A DNA stretch of 64,000 bases from Camelus ferus (GCF_009834535.1 NC_045707.1:51028001-51092000); one strand, 5' to 3'; positions 27,380 to 43,400 are shown, numbered from the stretch's first letter. A program made the numbers and translations. Notes: generated by a model from the letters alone, not told the origin.

Positions 27380-29162
27380 CTGTTTAAGGAAAAAAAGCAG
27401 AACAAAAAAACATTGTCTACATCACCCAAAACAGAGGTAAGAAATATGTTAAATATCTCCAAATATCACATTGGAATTCATTCTCAAGATTAGGAATTAT
27501 TCTAATAATCATTCAACTTGAGAGGAAACAATACCAAAAAAATTAAATATTATGAATACTTACACTTGTCTTCAATTACATTAAATATTTTAATATTTGC
27601 CTTTATTTCAGAAGTTTTATTTAGATTTAATGACAAAATATTAGTAAGACCAATTTTTAATTATGACTTTTTATATATTTAGTTCTTTTGTACCTTTACC
27701 TACAACTTGAATGTTCTTAATTGTATTTATAAAGGGTCAATCTTATTATTGGCTGTATTTAAAATCATTATTATTTACAATAAATATACATATATACCAC
27801 AGATTATCATGAAATTCTTGAGAGAATTTTACATTTTAAAGCTTGAATTATTTATTAAAAGTCATAGTAAAACTAACTGTTTTTAAAATAGATGCAAATT
27901 TCACATAGCCTTAGGCTAATCACTTGGAAATCAATTTCTCATTTAAAAAAGATAATTATACTTCAATAATCCTTATGATCCTATTAAGCACTAATGTTCT
28001 GAGTCTGTGTTTTTTGTCCAAGTAACAATTCAATTTCTTTCATTTTGATAGCTCCATTTAACCAGGATAAGAGTACATGGATCAGAAGGAACATGGACAT
28101 TGGAAATAGTGAGATGTAAATTTGAATCAAGACTCTGCTGTTTACTACTAACTGTGTGGTCTTGCATAACTCAGGTAACCTGAATGAGCTCCAATTTTTA
28201 AATGTGCAAAGTGGAGTTAAGCAGTGTCAAGATTAAATAAGAAAACAAATCTAGTTTATTGTGGAGCTGGTATATAGTAGGCATTCAAAAAGTGGTAGTG
28301 ATTATAATTGGGTATAGGGATAGAAACAAACAAAAAAGATTTGGTAGATGGTAGTGAAAACTGTAGACATGGATGAGATCATCAGGGAGAACATGCAGTG
28401 TGAGAAAAATGGCTATTAGTGTAACTCAGAGAAATAAAAAGCATTTAAAGAGCAGGTACAGCAGGAAGAATCTGAGAAGAGACTGAGCAGAAATGAATAA
28501 ATGTTGAAGAGAATCAGGACAGAGACTTTTATAGATGCCAGGGAAATAACTTTTAAATAAAAGCACTGACTAGATTTGGCTACTAGAGGCAATTTGTTAT
28601 GTTAGTAGGGTGATGTAGACAGAAGTCAGAATTCTGCAGGTTGATGGGTGACTGGAAAGTAAGAAAAAAGAGATAGTGACCATATCTTACATATATACAC
28701 AGTGACTATTCTGTTCCTTAATTGGCAGTTTAAGGCAACTAGGACACGGTGGTTACTGTGAAGCAAGAAATTACAGATTGCATACTATAAGCATTTTACA
28801 TATATTAACCCAGTATGACTCACTTAAAAACACTGTATCTTAGTTCACTGCATGTGGAAGTAGAAATGACCATTTGAAACTTTAGTCATAATAATATTCT
28901 TTTTTTCATTGGGTCTGACTCAAAATTAGTTATGTCTCAGGCTATAAAACAAAATTACATAAATATGAAGAACATAGGATGAGGTAGGAGCTACTGAGCT
29001 TTCCTAACCTCAATTATAGATAAATAAGGAGACTATCAATATGCAAAACAAAAAGGTATAAAAATATGACTCATAAAAACTAAATAAACATTTGAAATAT
29101 TTTAAAATATCACACTTAATCCTATAGTTAGTAAGCATTAAATGCACTAACATTTTAATTCA

Positions 29163-29312
<150 letters not shown>

Positions 29313-31049
29313 CTACAAAGAAAAACAAGACATTTTATTAAATTAAAAAAATATGGACATCAACAGTCAAATCCAGAATCATTTAATTTGGACAATGTAT
29401 TGGCAGACCATTTTTAATAATACTTAAGAATACTGATATAAACATAAAGAAGGCCACTTAGGGATGGAGACAATAAACAAGAGGATGAATGTCAGCAAGG
29501 TGAGATGAAGTTTTCTTGAATGCTAGAACTTACACTTAGGGCTCATTCAATTAAATAAAAAACATTCTTTGAAAATATATCTAAAATAAGATATTGGTAA
29601 TTTTTATACATCCAACTTATGTGAATGTGGTAAAATAAACTGACAGGAAAGGATGTTAGTAGGCTTTGGCAAAATAAAACTACAAAGGTTGATAAAAACA
29701 GCCAAACATGACAGTTTCTTGTAATTTTACTACTATATATTAAGTATCCATATCATACTGGAAATTGTTAAGGTATGTTTCAGACAAAACAGCAGACTAC
29801 TTCTATACCACAGTACTATTTTGCACAGTATTCAGATATGTCACATTTAACAGAGAATTAGTATATGTATAAAAATAAAAGTGGCCCCTTTAAATTAATA
29901 GTCTTTATAAGAATTTCTAAAACTCTTGACACTGTGTTAGAAGTAAACATCATAAAATGCTTAGATTTTTTGCCATTTTGAAAATGGGATAGCATATGCC
30001 TTCCAGATTACAAAGTCATTACAAAAGATAGGACACAAACAACTAGCACACAAATAACTTATGGAAGAAAATGAGTTGGTTGTCAGTAGGACATCTGTTT
30101 CTACGGACATCTGCTTCCATATTTTGTTACCCTGATTTGTTTTATAGTACCTAATGGAATAAATAAGTTGCTCCCTCAGCTTCAGAAGTTTGAGTCTTCT
30201 AACAGTTTGAGAGGATGGAATGCCTTTTATTACACTTATTAGTGAAATATAGAAATGTAAATACATTGAAAAGAATACTTTCTCCATGAATTACAAATTA
30301 ATAATTTGTAATGTGGCAAGACTGAATCTGAAGAACTACCATCAAACTGTTCAGTATCATTTATATATATCAATTTATATATCTGAAATTTAAATGCTTT
30401 CTTTTTAATCAAAAATGTAAAACATAAGAGTGCCTAATTCACTTTCCACTTTCCAGAAATGCTTGACAAAAATGACAGAGATTTGTTCCTAAATATATGA
30501 TCCTTAAAAAAAATTCCCTATTAATTCACGGCTGCCTTAAGGCAATTTCACTTGAAAAAATTGAAAGTATTAAAGTCATCCAAACATGCATCATGGATTG
30601 ATGCATAAGCTACACAAAAAAGAAAAGGACATCTCTCAAAAAACCTATCTGTTCTTGAATAAGGAATGTCTTAATGATTAACTTACTCAGACATTCTAAT
30701 CTGCTCTCTATTAATATATGTCAACCAAATTAACTATGACTAACATAGTATCTGTCTTCTAGTGACGTAAACTCTCTCAAAAAGGAAGGATGGTAGGGGA
30801 AAGAGCAAACAGCTTAGAGGCAAATCTGTTTCACTTCTTCCTATATAACATAGAGTAAACTACTCAAATCATCTTGTGACTCCATTTTTTAAATAAATAA
30901 AATAGGGATTAATAACCTCTTACATTATATTATTGAGATACATATGACATCTTATTTAGTAAGTGTTTAAGATGGTATCTGGTACTTGAAAAGTACTTTT
31001 TTGATCTATTCATTCCCTTCCAGAGATCTTCAGGAAATATCATCATTAA

Positions 31050-31326
31050 ATAGCATGCATATATATACACATACATATATACATTTTTTTTCCAGATTTT
31101 CTGTTGTAGGTTATTACAAGGTATTGAATATAGTTCCCTGTGCTATACAGTAAAACCTTTTGCTTATCTATTTTACGTAGAGTAGTTTGTATCTGTTAAT
31201 CCTATATTCCTAATTTATCCCTCTCTACCGTGCCTTTCCCCTTTGGTAACTATAAGTTTGTTTTCTATGAAACTAACACAATGTTGTAAATCAACAAAAC
31301 TTCAATTAAAAAATAACAATAAAAAA
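31050..31326 (+). mobile_element. L1 3' end with 5' inversion
   Basis: Antisense 3' UTR up to about 31270, then sense AACTAACACAATGTTGTAAATCAAC...TTCAATTAAAAAA tail. Confidence 0.75.
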
Positions 31327-31559
31327 GTAAGTTTAGGACTGTACTCAAAGCAGTTATATCTAAGGTCACAACTGTTCCTTTTTTATACATATAAAATATA
31401 ATTCATGCAAATCTATGTTTATTTCAATGGCACAATCTTCTCTTCATTTTTTAATTGTTTACATATATATATATATACTACATAATTTTATTTGCCAAAA
31501 TTTAAAATTTACCCACCCTTCTGTTTTTTACCTTTCTTTTAGCAGAACCTCAGCTTTGA

Positions 31560-33430
31560 ATGTATTCTACCATATACCTACATCGTCTTTATTTATGTGA
31601 GTAGCAAAGCACTACTAGATAAAGTCCCAAAGCAAAACAGGTTAATATCATCATAAATTCCTGATCTCAACTTCAAATTAATCTTTAAGACTGCTCATGA
31701 TTCCTAGGTTTCTCTGGGAGGCTTACTCCCATTCTCTTTGACTATTTTGAATCTTGACTATTTTTCTCAAACTTTTGACCCATGTCACTTTTAGCAGGTA
31801 ACTACACTTCAACCCTAAAGAGAAAACTAAAGCCATAAAATAAGAATTCCTTCAATTCTCTGCTACTAAACCTACCAACATCCACATTCATTTTCATTTC
31901 CATCCTTTCTGTCCTGTCTGTCCTGTCTCCATCTATCTCAGGCCAAACCTGAGCTCTATACCTCCTTGCTCTTCACCAATCTCACTATCAATCATCCCTT
32001 CTTTCATTTAATCACTTTATCAACTGTATCCTTTCTACCTATACTAAAAATGCTCTTGCCTCTCCAACCTTAAATATCTTCTCCTTTGAAAACACATCTT
32101 TAAGCCATCTCATCCATTCACTGTGCCTATGAGGTATAACACTAGTTCCTACACTCTTAGGAAAAGATTTGTAGCAAGTAGCTGGTTGTTAACCCCACTT
32201 AATCAATCAACATTTCAACTCAATGAGTATGTTTCTGCAAGCCAATCCATTAGTGATATTCTTTTGCTTCTAGAAGTCAGCCAACTGAGTACTCCAATGA
32301 GATTCCTAAATGCCAACCAAGCAACAGTCTTTTCTGGACATCAACCCACTCCAATCTCTGAAGGTCCATCAATTCCAGATCTCTGTGCTTCCCCCAAGCC
32401 CTACATAAGAACAGCAATTTATTATGCTTGAAGCCATTGCCTGACTGGCTATTTTCTCTTAGTTAGAAAAGTTCAAGCTTGTCTCATCCTTTGAAATATT
32501 CAAAGTTATATCACCCCTACAAGTTACCTACACTAAGAATCTTCACTTCCTGATCTCTTAATCAAACCACTCTACAGAAATAAATTTCATTTAAGTAACT
32601 AATATACCTAAAAGAGGTCAAATTCAACTGATCTCACTTTTCTACTTGACAGCAGCTGTAAATGTTAACCATTCTTTCTTGAAACACTTTCCTTTCTGTC
32701 CATTTGGTCTCTCTCCTATTTAGGTTCATTTTCCCTTACACAACGTCTAAATAAAGGACTTTTTCACAACCCAGATGTAGGCTTCTTTGCTTTTATTCTA
32801 TCCAGTCCCCTTCAACTATTTATTAAGGAAAAATTAAGACCAAATATTGTATGGCATTCATTATGCATATGAATTGACTTCTATGCATCTAGAATGGTGC
32901 TTGCTAGTTACCATCTCTAAGAGAAGTGACAAAATCCCAGTTGAGAAAGGTGTTCTATAACCTTTCCATAAGCTGCCTTATCCATACCCTAATTTCAATT
33001 ACTATCTCTATGACAATTATCAAATTTCTCTATGGCATTAATCAAAATTTTACCTGCAGCTCAGCCTTCACCACTGAATTCCAGGCACAAAGTACTATTC
33101 AAAATCTCCATTAGAATATTTCAAAGGCACCTCAAACTTAACAGGTCCAAAGATAATAGTAAATATGATCTTTCTTCAAACCCTATATTTTTTCACATTT
33201 CTCTAGAATACAAGTTCTTTAAAAATGGGGACCCCTGTATTTCTTTTTATTATCATATCTGCAATGCCTAAAATGCTAGCTGGTACATAGCTGCAATCAA
33301 AAATTTTTATTGAGGATGGAGGAGAGTAATAGCTCAGTGGTAGAGCACTTCCTTAGTATACACGAGATCTTGGGTTCAATCCCCAGCACCTCCATTAAAA
33401 AAAAATTACTGAATGAGTAAATGAATCTCG
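31560..33430 (+). mobile_element. Degenerate L2 fragments
   Basis: Pyrimidine-rich L2-like sequence ending in TGAATGAGTAAATGAAT. Confidence 0.5.
33314..33405 (+). mobile_element. tRNA-derived SINE (camelid Vic-1-like)
   Basis: A-box TAGCTCAGTGG, B-box GGTTCAATCC, end CCCCAGCACCTCCATT plus polyA; degenerate anticodon arm. Confidence 0.75.
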
Positions 33431-34090
33431 TGGCTGGAGCCAAAAATGATATATTTGCAAAGTATTAAAAATATTTTCTGGCATATAGTAAATGCTCATG
33501 AAAATGTTTAAGATTATTATTGTGTTCAATAATTTCAAGTTAGAGTAAGCAAAACTGTTATGAGTAAGAAGTGAGGACTGAGTTAAGAAAATTACAAAGA
33601 AATAGATCTCAGAAAAACAAAAAGACTTTTCAAATAAATCAGAGTTCAGTGAACATAGTAAGAAGTATCTCAGGGAGTAATTACAATCTTGCTAATGAGA
33701 AATGAAGAGCTATATATTTATAGCTGCTTATCTTTTCTGTGCCAAGAAAACAAAGAAGTATATAACATGATTCATTTCTTTAAAGACTGTATAGTCTAGT
33801 CGAATAAAGGTAAGAAATGTATTTTAAAAAAGATGCTAAAAAGGATGCTTCATGATTTCAGAGTTCATACCAAATTAGGAAAATTCATAATCATTCTTTG
33901 TTTTGCATGCTGAATATGAAGCATTAATCAAATTCTGATACGTAATTTTAGTATAACCTAAAATAAGTTCATAGATTAGGCTGATATGAACTAAGAAAGA
34001 CAGTATGTCTTCAAAGATGCTTTTGATGAATTAAAAGTACTCTTAATAAACTGAACATAATATCATCTGAAAAATTTAAAAAGTTCTTAC

Positions 34091-34368
<278 letters not shown>

Positions 34369-36585
34369 TTAAGCTAAAAGTTTTTAAACACAAAATTATA
34401 TATAACAGATATAGATAAACACTAAACAACAGTAATAAAAACAATGTTTTATATGTAATCTCATTAAACAGAAGACAAAAGTACATTTTTATGGATAATT
34501 CTGATTCTTGACGGAGTTCAAATTGTTTAACCTTTATGAAATGTCTAACTGACAGGAGTGATATTTATGAAGAACTGTTTGAAGGGCAAGCAGATTATCT
34601 ATTTCCAGTTTATTACTAGAATGATTCAGACATGCATTCTATAATATTATGACATTCTGAAGAAGTGCATTCATTAAATTGTGACCTTCTGATTAAAATA
34701 AGGAAAGTATTATAAAATTTATTGTTGTATGTGTTGTATGAACGCTTCTGAGAACACTAACCAATGTCTTCCTACATGACACAATTCTTTCAGCACTAAA
34801 TGCTAATAAAAATTATGCTTCCTGTAAAGAATTACTATGATTTTCCTCTCATCATGGACAGAGAAAACTATACCACCTATGAACTTTTCCTCTCTGCTTA
34901 GACTTCTAGAAAGTTAAAAGCCAAGTTTCCAGTACAGGGTAGTAACTGTACAGGTCTATGTAACATTTTATTTAATGTAACATAAGCATATATCCTAGTT
35001 TATACAGGCCATGATATATTAAATATACATTTCATTAATTTAGTCTATCTCCTGCAATAAAGTCGAATCATTTTTTTAAAACTACATTTAAATGAATAGT
35101 TTCAGATTCTTATTTTAGTCTGTGTTCTAAACTTTATTGGCTATATTAATGCATAGTCCTTTAAAAACCCAATTTCTCAGTTTAAAATGAATAAATCAAT
35201 GAAAAATCAACTTCTATTACTTATTTGACTTGGTCTGTTAAAAATATCAAATGATTGAGAAAAAATATTATTTGAACAAAATATACTTTAAAAACTTTCA
35301 TATTTGAATACATAGTGAAAAAAAACAAATCTTGAGAGTCAAGACTTGAATTCTCAAAATAACCAACAAAACTGAATACAAAGCTCCTTTCCTATAATCC
35401 ATTATTCAGTGTTCATTTAAAAAAATTAAGTTTATTTGGGATAGCTGATTTAATATGTGAGCTATACTCAAAGAGTACATGTCAAACAAGTCAAATCATA
35501 CTATAATCAACTTCACACGGTAATACAATAAAATTTATATAACACACACAAATACATACACACACTTTTAAATGCTTATATTATGAAAAAAATATATATG
35601 TAACACACCCCATACAGCTATCCACATACACAAAACAAATACATTCACACCTATAAGCCATGTTTTTCATACTGTAGAGCTGGAGATGAAAAATAGCTGA
35701 ATCAAATTCTCTAAAAGGAATGATAAACAGAACAAAAACACTGAAACTAAGGAGTAAGGAAGAAAATATACAATACGTATCTACAATTCAATCTATTTCC
35801 CATACTACTATACTTAAATGAGTTGTTCAGTTTAGTGTAGATAGACTGGAGGTAAAAATTCAGGAAGTTAAAAAGTAATTATTCTTAAAAGAAAAAAATG
35901 CTGATAAGAAGAAAAATTCTGTGGGAATATAAAGAATTTGTTGGGCATAAAAGAAATATCTGAATAAAATTTATTCTAACCAGGGCCAGCAATGCACTAT
36001 CATGGATAGCAACATGAACATTTCGGTCTTTCATTAAAAAAAAAAGTTCTTGCATGTAGTGTCAGTCATTTAAAAAAACTGAATAGGATACTAGTATAAA
36101 TTTCATTTTAAACTTTAGATGAGTAAGATGAAATGGAAAAATGCTAAATGTTAGAGTAAGAAAAAACAATATGAAGAGTGTTAAAATTCAGTATAACTTA
36201 CGCTTCTAGCCTTACACAACTAAAAACACGGACAAGATATGCAAAACTTAACACACTGAGCATCAGGCAAAGAAGGACAATGATATCTAACAGAAGAAAA
36301 ACAAATGAGGGGAGCCTTACCTGGAGAGTTTAGTACCTGGATAGAGTTTTTAGTCTGTGTGGCAGCAAAGGGGAACCTAAGTGGAGCCCATTTATACCCC
36401 TGAGTTGAGAAGATGGAGCTGGGAGTCCTAGGAGCCCAGTGGGGTAGAATTAGTGGGCAGAATACCAGAGAGAAGAAAGATGCTGAGAAAGAGAACTCAG
36501 GAGATCCGTAGAGGATCTTGTTCCAGTTTTTGGTACTGATGAGAACTGATCAGCATATATATGTGAGGAAATACCTAAGGACAGT

Positions 36586-37022
36586 TGTAGTGAGGTGATT
36601 CGTGTCTCCCCAAAGTTCATTTCTATCCAAAACCTCAGAATGTGACCTCATTTGGAAGTAGGGTCTCTGCCAATGTAATTAGTTAAGATGAGGTCATACT
36701 GGATTAGGGTGGTCCCTAAATCCAATGACTGATGTCCTTATACAAAGAAAAGAAAATACAGAGAAATACACAGGGAGTAAGGCCAGGTAAAGGCAGAGAA
36801 GATTACAGTGATGCAGTAACATGCCAAGGACTGCCAAAGATTACCAGCAACTGCCAGAAGGCACAGAACAGATTCTTCCCCAGAGTCTTCAGAAGGAACC
36901 AACTGTGCATAACACCTTGATTTTGGACTCTGGCCTCCAGCACTGTGAGAGAATAAATTTCTGCTGCATTAAGCTACCCAGTTTCTGGTAATTTGTTACA
37001 GCAGCCTTAGGAAAACCCACAC
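36586..37022 (+). mobile_element. MaLR LTR (MLT1C-like) nested in L1
   Basis: CCTCAGAATGTGACCTCATTTGGAAG...GGTAATTTGTTACAGCAGCCTTAGGAAA. Confidence 0.8.
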
Positions 37023-37844
37023 AGTTAAGAAAGTACCTCCTGAAATGATTAAAGATTCACAAATATCAAACAGAATTGGTAATAGTTCCTGAGCAGCCAG
37101 AATGGAAATCCTCAAAATTCAGTCTATCAGGCAGAGCACTCAGAAGGGTTTTGTGTCAGCAATGGAGGTAAATTAGTCCTATCCTAAATGCTGCTGTGGT
37201 CTCCCCAAACAAAGCTGAAAAGCAAGACTAGAAGATGAAACTTTTTTTTTACAAATAACTTATATGCATCCAAGAACAATGCTCAAAGAAATTTACATTA
37301 ATTTCAAATATTGCACCCATCAAAAAATTACCAGGCATATGAAGAAGGAGAAAAATACAATCCATTAGGAGAAAAATTACTCATTCTAAACTGACCAAGA
37401 AATGACATGGATGATAAAATTAGTAGTATAAGGACATTAAAACACTAGAACATGTGAAAACATGGAATACATTAAAAAAAAAAGGCTCAAACAGAACTCA
37501 AACAGAGATAAAAAATCTGAGATGAAAACTAACTAGAAGAAATAAAGGGACGATTAGACAGTGCAGAAAAAAATTAGTGAACATTAAAAGACACAACAAA
37601 AGAAACTAACCAAAATGAAAATGGGGAAAATAGCTTTGGAGGGGAGGGGAATTAACAGAGCATCAGTGTGACTTCAAGAAGCTTAAAATACATCTAATTG
37701 GAGTTCTAGAAGACAGGAATGCAAAGAAGAAATATTTCAAAAAGTGATAATTGAAAAATTTTCAAAATTTATATAAAGTAAAACCAACAGATTTTAAGAA
37801 GCTCAGTCAACCTAAGCACAAGAAACATGAAGATAAAATAAACA

Positions 37845-38180
37845 GTATCTAGAAGTTTGTACCTTTTAGCCAACTTCACCCAAAATTTCAGTTATAAGAT
37901 AAACAAGACCAGGGATATAATGTACAGCATGATGACTGTAGTTAATACTGTATTGTATATTTGAAAGTTGCTAAATGAATAGATCTTATAAGTTCTCAAT
38001 ACAAGAAAAAAAATTTCTGTAATTAACATGTGGTGATGGATGTCAACTAAATTTACTGTGATAATCATTTCTCTGTGTGTGTGCGCACACTTGTGTGTGT
38101 ATATATATATAAAAATAATTATGTTGTACATTTAAAACTAATACAATGCTATATGTCAATTATGTCTCAATTAAAAATAT
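37845..38180 (+). mobile_element. L1MA-like 3' end with short 5' inversion, nested in older L1
   Basis: Inverted AGAAGTTTGTACCTTTTAGCCAACTTCACCC followed by sense CAGTTATAAGATAAA... Confidence 0.75.
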
Positions 38181-39667
38181 ATAGAGAAGAGAAACAACGA
38201 TAAAGAGAAATTATTAAAAGCAATCATAGATTAAAAAACCACACTATGTGCAGAAGCATAAGGATGAGAAGATTTCCCACTTGAAACAATGCAAGCCAGA
38301 GAAAATCAGACCCACGTTTTTAGACTACTGAATGAAAAAGTCAACTTAGAATCCTACACTCTGGGAAAATATTTTTCAAATACAAAAGTAAAATAAAGAT
38401 AAGTTTACATACAAAAGCTAAAATAATTCATCACCAGCAGTTCTACATGTCAAAATGTTAAAAGAAGTGCTTCGGTCACAAGGAAAAATGGTACCAGATG
38501 AAAATCTTGATTTAACAAAGAAATAAGGAACACTAGAAATGGGGTAACATAAAAGAATTTTTAAATTTAAATCTTATCCAAAGATAACTGTTTAAACCAA
38601 AAAATAACAATGTATTGTGGGATTTACAATGTATACTCAAGAACAATGTATGTGAATAGCACAAAGGCATAGTTCTTATTTATAGTAAGTTTATATATTT
38701 ATAACAACTTATTTATTGTATATGTGATGTTTGACTATATCTTCTGACATTTATATTACATATACCTGCAATGATAACATCCCTTAAAGATAAACTGTGA
38801 TGAGCAAAGGATGTAAACAAACAAACAAAAAAAAGGATGCAATCACTAAAAATTCACAGCAAAGATTTTTAGCTAAGAAGCCAAAAAGGAGACAAGAATG
38901 AAGTAATAAAAAATACTCATTCCAAAAGAAAAAAGGGAAGAACAGATGAGACAAAGAGAAAACAATTAAGAAGATGGTAGATCTAGTCAAACTATATCAA
39001 TAATCATATTAGAGATGGATAGATGAAATACCCCATTTAAAAAACATATTATCTGAGCAAACAAAAAATGAAGACCCAACTATATAAAATCTGTAAGAAA
39101 TCTGCTTTAAATATAAAGATACAGACAGATACAAAGTAAAAGGATGGAAAAAGATAAGTCAAGTGATACTAACAAAAGTTAGCTGGAGTGGTTACAGTAA
39201 TAGAAGGTAAGGTGAGTATCTCAGTAGAGACTATTACCAGAGATAAAGAAGCTCATTTAATAATGGTAAAGGGATCAATTCATCGAGAAGACATCACAAT
39301 CTTGAATACTGATACACTGAATAAAAGAGCTTTAAAATACATGAAGCAAAAACTGATAGAACTGCAAGGAGAAATAGAAAAATCTACAATTATAGTCAGC
39401 GACTTCATCATCTTTCTTTCAATAATTAATAGAACAAGTAGACAAAAATCACTAAGGATACAGAAGACTTAGCACTTAACTAATTTGGGAGGTCATTATC
39501 TTGACTGTGATGGTTACATGTATGTCAGAACCGATTAATTTGTACATTTTAAATATATGAAGGTTTATTAAAAAGTATTAATTATACCTCAATACAGCTG
39601 TTAAAAAAACCTCAATGTAAATCAAAGCCTTTCTGAAACATTTACATCATTTAAAATCCAAAGTTTA

Positions 39668-39889
<222 letters not shown>

Positions 39890-40286
39890 CTAGAGAAGAA
39901 AAAAAAAAAAATTAAATAACAAATTGCAATTTACTGAAATGCTTTCAACAATTGTACTTTTCTAAATGCAAGATTAGATACAAATTGGCTATAATTATAA
40001 AATTAACATGGAAAGATTTGTGGAACCGATAATGACTAATCATGAGGCCAATAATCTTATCTAACAATGAATTATACTATACTGTATTACTGTGTACTTT
40101 TCCAAATTGCCTATTGATTCCATTATTGACACTTGAAAAACTGTAATATAAAATGTTAAGCAATTTTCAGTGGGTATGAAGGAAAAACATATTTGTTTTT
40201 TGCAAATTTTTGGTATACATCATTAGTAAACAGACCAATTTAAATAATGATACATTGAGAGAACAAGTTTATTATAATCTAATTCA

Positions 40287-40454
<168 letters not shown>

Positions 40455-43400
40455 TTAAAAACAGAAAAATACAAAACACTCAAAACAATTTAATAATAGC
40501 ATAAAGCAGTATTTTAAGTGAGACAACTATCAGATACTACTGAAAAACTTCACTGGTGTTTCTATATTCATATTTGTTATTTCCAATTGAACCATACCTT
40601 GTAGTTTAAAATATATTTAAATCTGTAAGTAAATTTTGCTTTATATATCCAATAGAAAAACAAGATGTATAATTTGAACTAACATTTTTTTTTGTGGAAA
40701 GGAAAATTATCTAACAAAATGCTAGCTTTTTAAAACAAAGTGTGGCCAATTTGGAGAAGGGAACTTACAAGACTGAATGTGATGATTAATGAACTACCAA
40801 TTTGAAATGAAGATAAATACCTGAAATTATCATACAGATAATTTTATTATATCTGTAATTAATTAAAAACGAAACTGAAAATTGCTGGGCAAAGTTCAGT
40901 ACCATTCTTTTTTAAAAAGACTACAAAAACTGAAATGGGTTAACAATAAGCATTTAAATCAATACTATTAAAAATTTGCAATAAAATATTCACAAGTTCT
41001 TTTTAAATGGAAAACCTACTTCACCAACTATAAATAAATGTCTACTATTTAGTAGTCATTTGAATAAAGAACAATAAATTGTGAGGGTAATTCTGGATCT
41101 GCTACTAACCTGCTCTGTGATTTTTGTGCAACTTTTCTGAGCTTCAGTTTTCTTATTGGAAAATATGATCTCTAATTCTTTTCCAGTTTAAAAAATATAT
41201 GGTAGTATGATTATGTGACCTCAATTTTTATTAACAACATTAATCAAAGCAAAAACTCAAATAATTGACTTAAATCCAGGTATAAATAAGAACAGAACTC
41301 ATGAATTTAATACCTTTTTCTTTTGTCACTGGGCTTTATACAGAAACATCTGTTTTTGAAATTATTTTCAATTTTAAAGTACACTATAGACTAAAATTAC
41401 CAAAAAGAAAAACAACTCAAAAAACAAAAATTAGAACACTATTGACAATACTAAGTATAACAGTATTCCTTCCTCAAAAAAAATCTCATGTTTTAGATAG
41501 GCCCAAACCATCAATACTAATGTAATAAATAGGTTATATCAAGGGCTGAATCTTCGTGCTAAAGTCAACAAGAAATTCATAGAGCAAAGAAATCAGACGA
41601 TAATTATTTACTACACAGGCTGAACCTAAAGTTGGACCTTGAAGGAAATATAGGACATGGGAAAATTAGGGAAGGGGTATGTATGAGTAAGGGAATACAG
41701 GAGGGAATAAGCGTGGCAAATGAATGATACAGAGAATAGCATACTCCCTGGATGAGTACGCATATATTGAAAACTAGTGAGAAATAATGGCCTTGAAAAC
41801 AGATACACTAAACAGTCTGTATAAACAGTTTAGCATATTTCATTGAGTCTCAACCACTCTACGGCATAAGAGGGAAGTTGTAATTGTACCCATTTTCAAG
41901 ATGAGGAAATAATATGGAGGTTTGATAAGAGTCATGTACCATAAGGAGACCACGACTTTAACTTGATTTTTCTAATATTAAATTCAAAGCTTCTTACTAA
42001 TTTGTATCTCCACTCCAAGGAAAAGAAAGCAAATAGCTGCCTCCATAATGTTGGATTCAATCTAAGCAACTGACAGTACTAGTGAAGGCAAAAGTTTTAC
42101 TAAAGCTGGTCATTTCAGTTCTTCAACCTTTGGTGACTAAATTACTGTATGAACATATACACTTTGATTTTTATAATCAGATCTCTGTGGCTAAAGTTAC
42201 CATATGTGATTTTGTTCAAAACAAGTAGCCCTGCTAAATAAGCTGATATTTAAAACACACACACACACAAGTGTAGAATGAATTCCAATCATTAAAAACT
42301 ATTTCAATTTCAAAATACAGGTTTCTAAGCTGATTTTACATGTGTAAAGATACATATCGTCAGCAATCATGTATTCACATAGTCATTTTAAGTATCTACT
42401 GCATTTGTAGGGGAGAGAGAGAACAATACGTAAACAAGTAAAGATACATTTAGTCAAATGGTGAACTAAGTGTTACAGAGAAAAACTGAAGGTGAAAGGA
42501 AATAAAATGAAGTGGGAAGGATGTGTGATGCTACTGATGACATTTAAGCAGAAATCTAAAGTAATGAAAAAGCAAGTGCAAAGGGTCTGAGATGAATCAT
42601 GCTTATAAAAAGGGTATGGGACATGAACAACCTAGAATTTAAGTGATTAAATAATTACGAACAGAAAGTCTCTGCATAGGATAACATACACTAGATAGAA
42701 TGGAGAATATAAAGATGATGACAGAACTGTGCTCTCTAGGGTAAAATAATGCAATGTGCAATATGAAGTATCATAGGGGTTAAGAGGATACAGAGAAGTC
42801 CAGAGCAGGTCTCAATACCTTTCCACCTATAATTTAAAATATATTACACTCTTTCACCTGACCATGTCCTCAACAAATATATACCAAACACCTTCTGTGC
42901 ACCAGGAACCACTCTAAGAAATAGAGATAGAAAGTAAGAGAAAGTTACTTGCCCTAATGAAGGTTACGTTCTATTGTAAGAGAACGATAAGGGGTGAAAG
43001 AAAAAAGTACAAATTCTGTATTTTTAGATTAGAAATGAGTCTTATGAGAAATGTAGGTTGGAGGAATAGAAAAGCAATACAATTTGGTTTTTGGTCTGGT
43101 CAAGTGGTGAACATGATCTGTTGACTCTTCCCCCAAAATCAAGCCTAGAAAGATTCAGTGAAAGGGAAGTATGGCTTCTAAGACATTAAAAATAAAAAAA
43201 GAAAGAGAGAGAAAGACTCCTGGGCATTGAAGGTTATCTTAAAAATGTACATTTATACGCATGTTATGAGGGACTACATCTAAAGCAAGGATGACAAAAA
43301 AATTTTTTTTAACTTTTTCCTTGCCAACCCTGACTGCCCAAAGTAAATCATTATCTGTGCCTTTACTGTAGAACTCTGCAGTTGCAGTAACTTGTGGTGA

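Larger units (their letters stand above)
36190..39600 (+). mobile_element. Old L1 (5' region, ORF1, start of ORF2) with nested insertions
   Basis: ORF 39188..39472 is L1 endonuclease-like (KGSIHREDITILN...KYMKQKLIELQGEI); A-rich ORF1 remnants upstream. Confidence 0.75.

Noticed and set aside
33314..33405. Possible tRNA gene
   Set aside because: Degenerate stems, a polyA tail and insertion into an L2 indicate a SINE.
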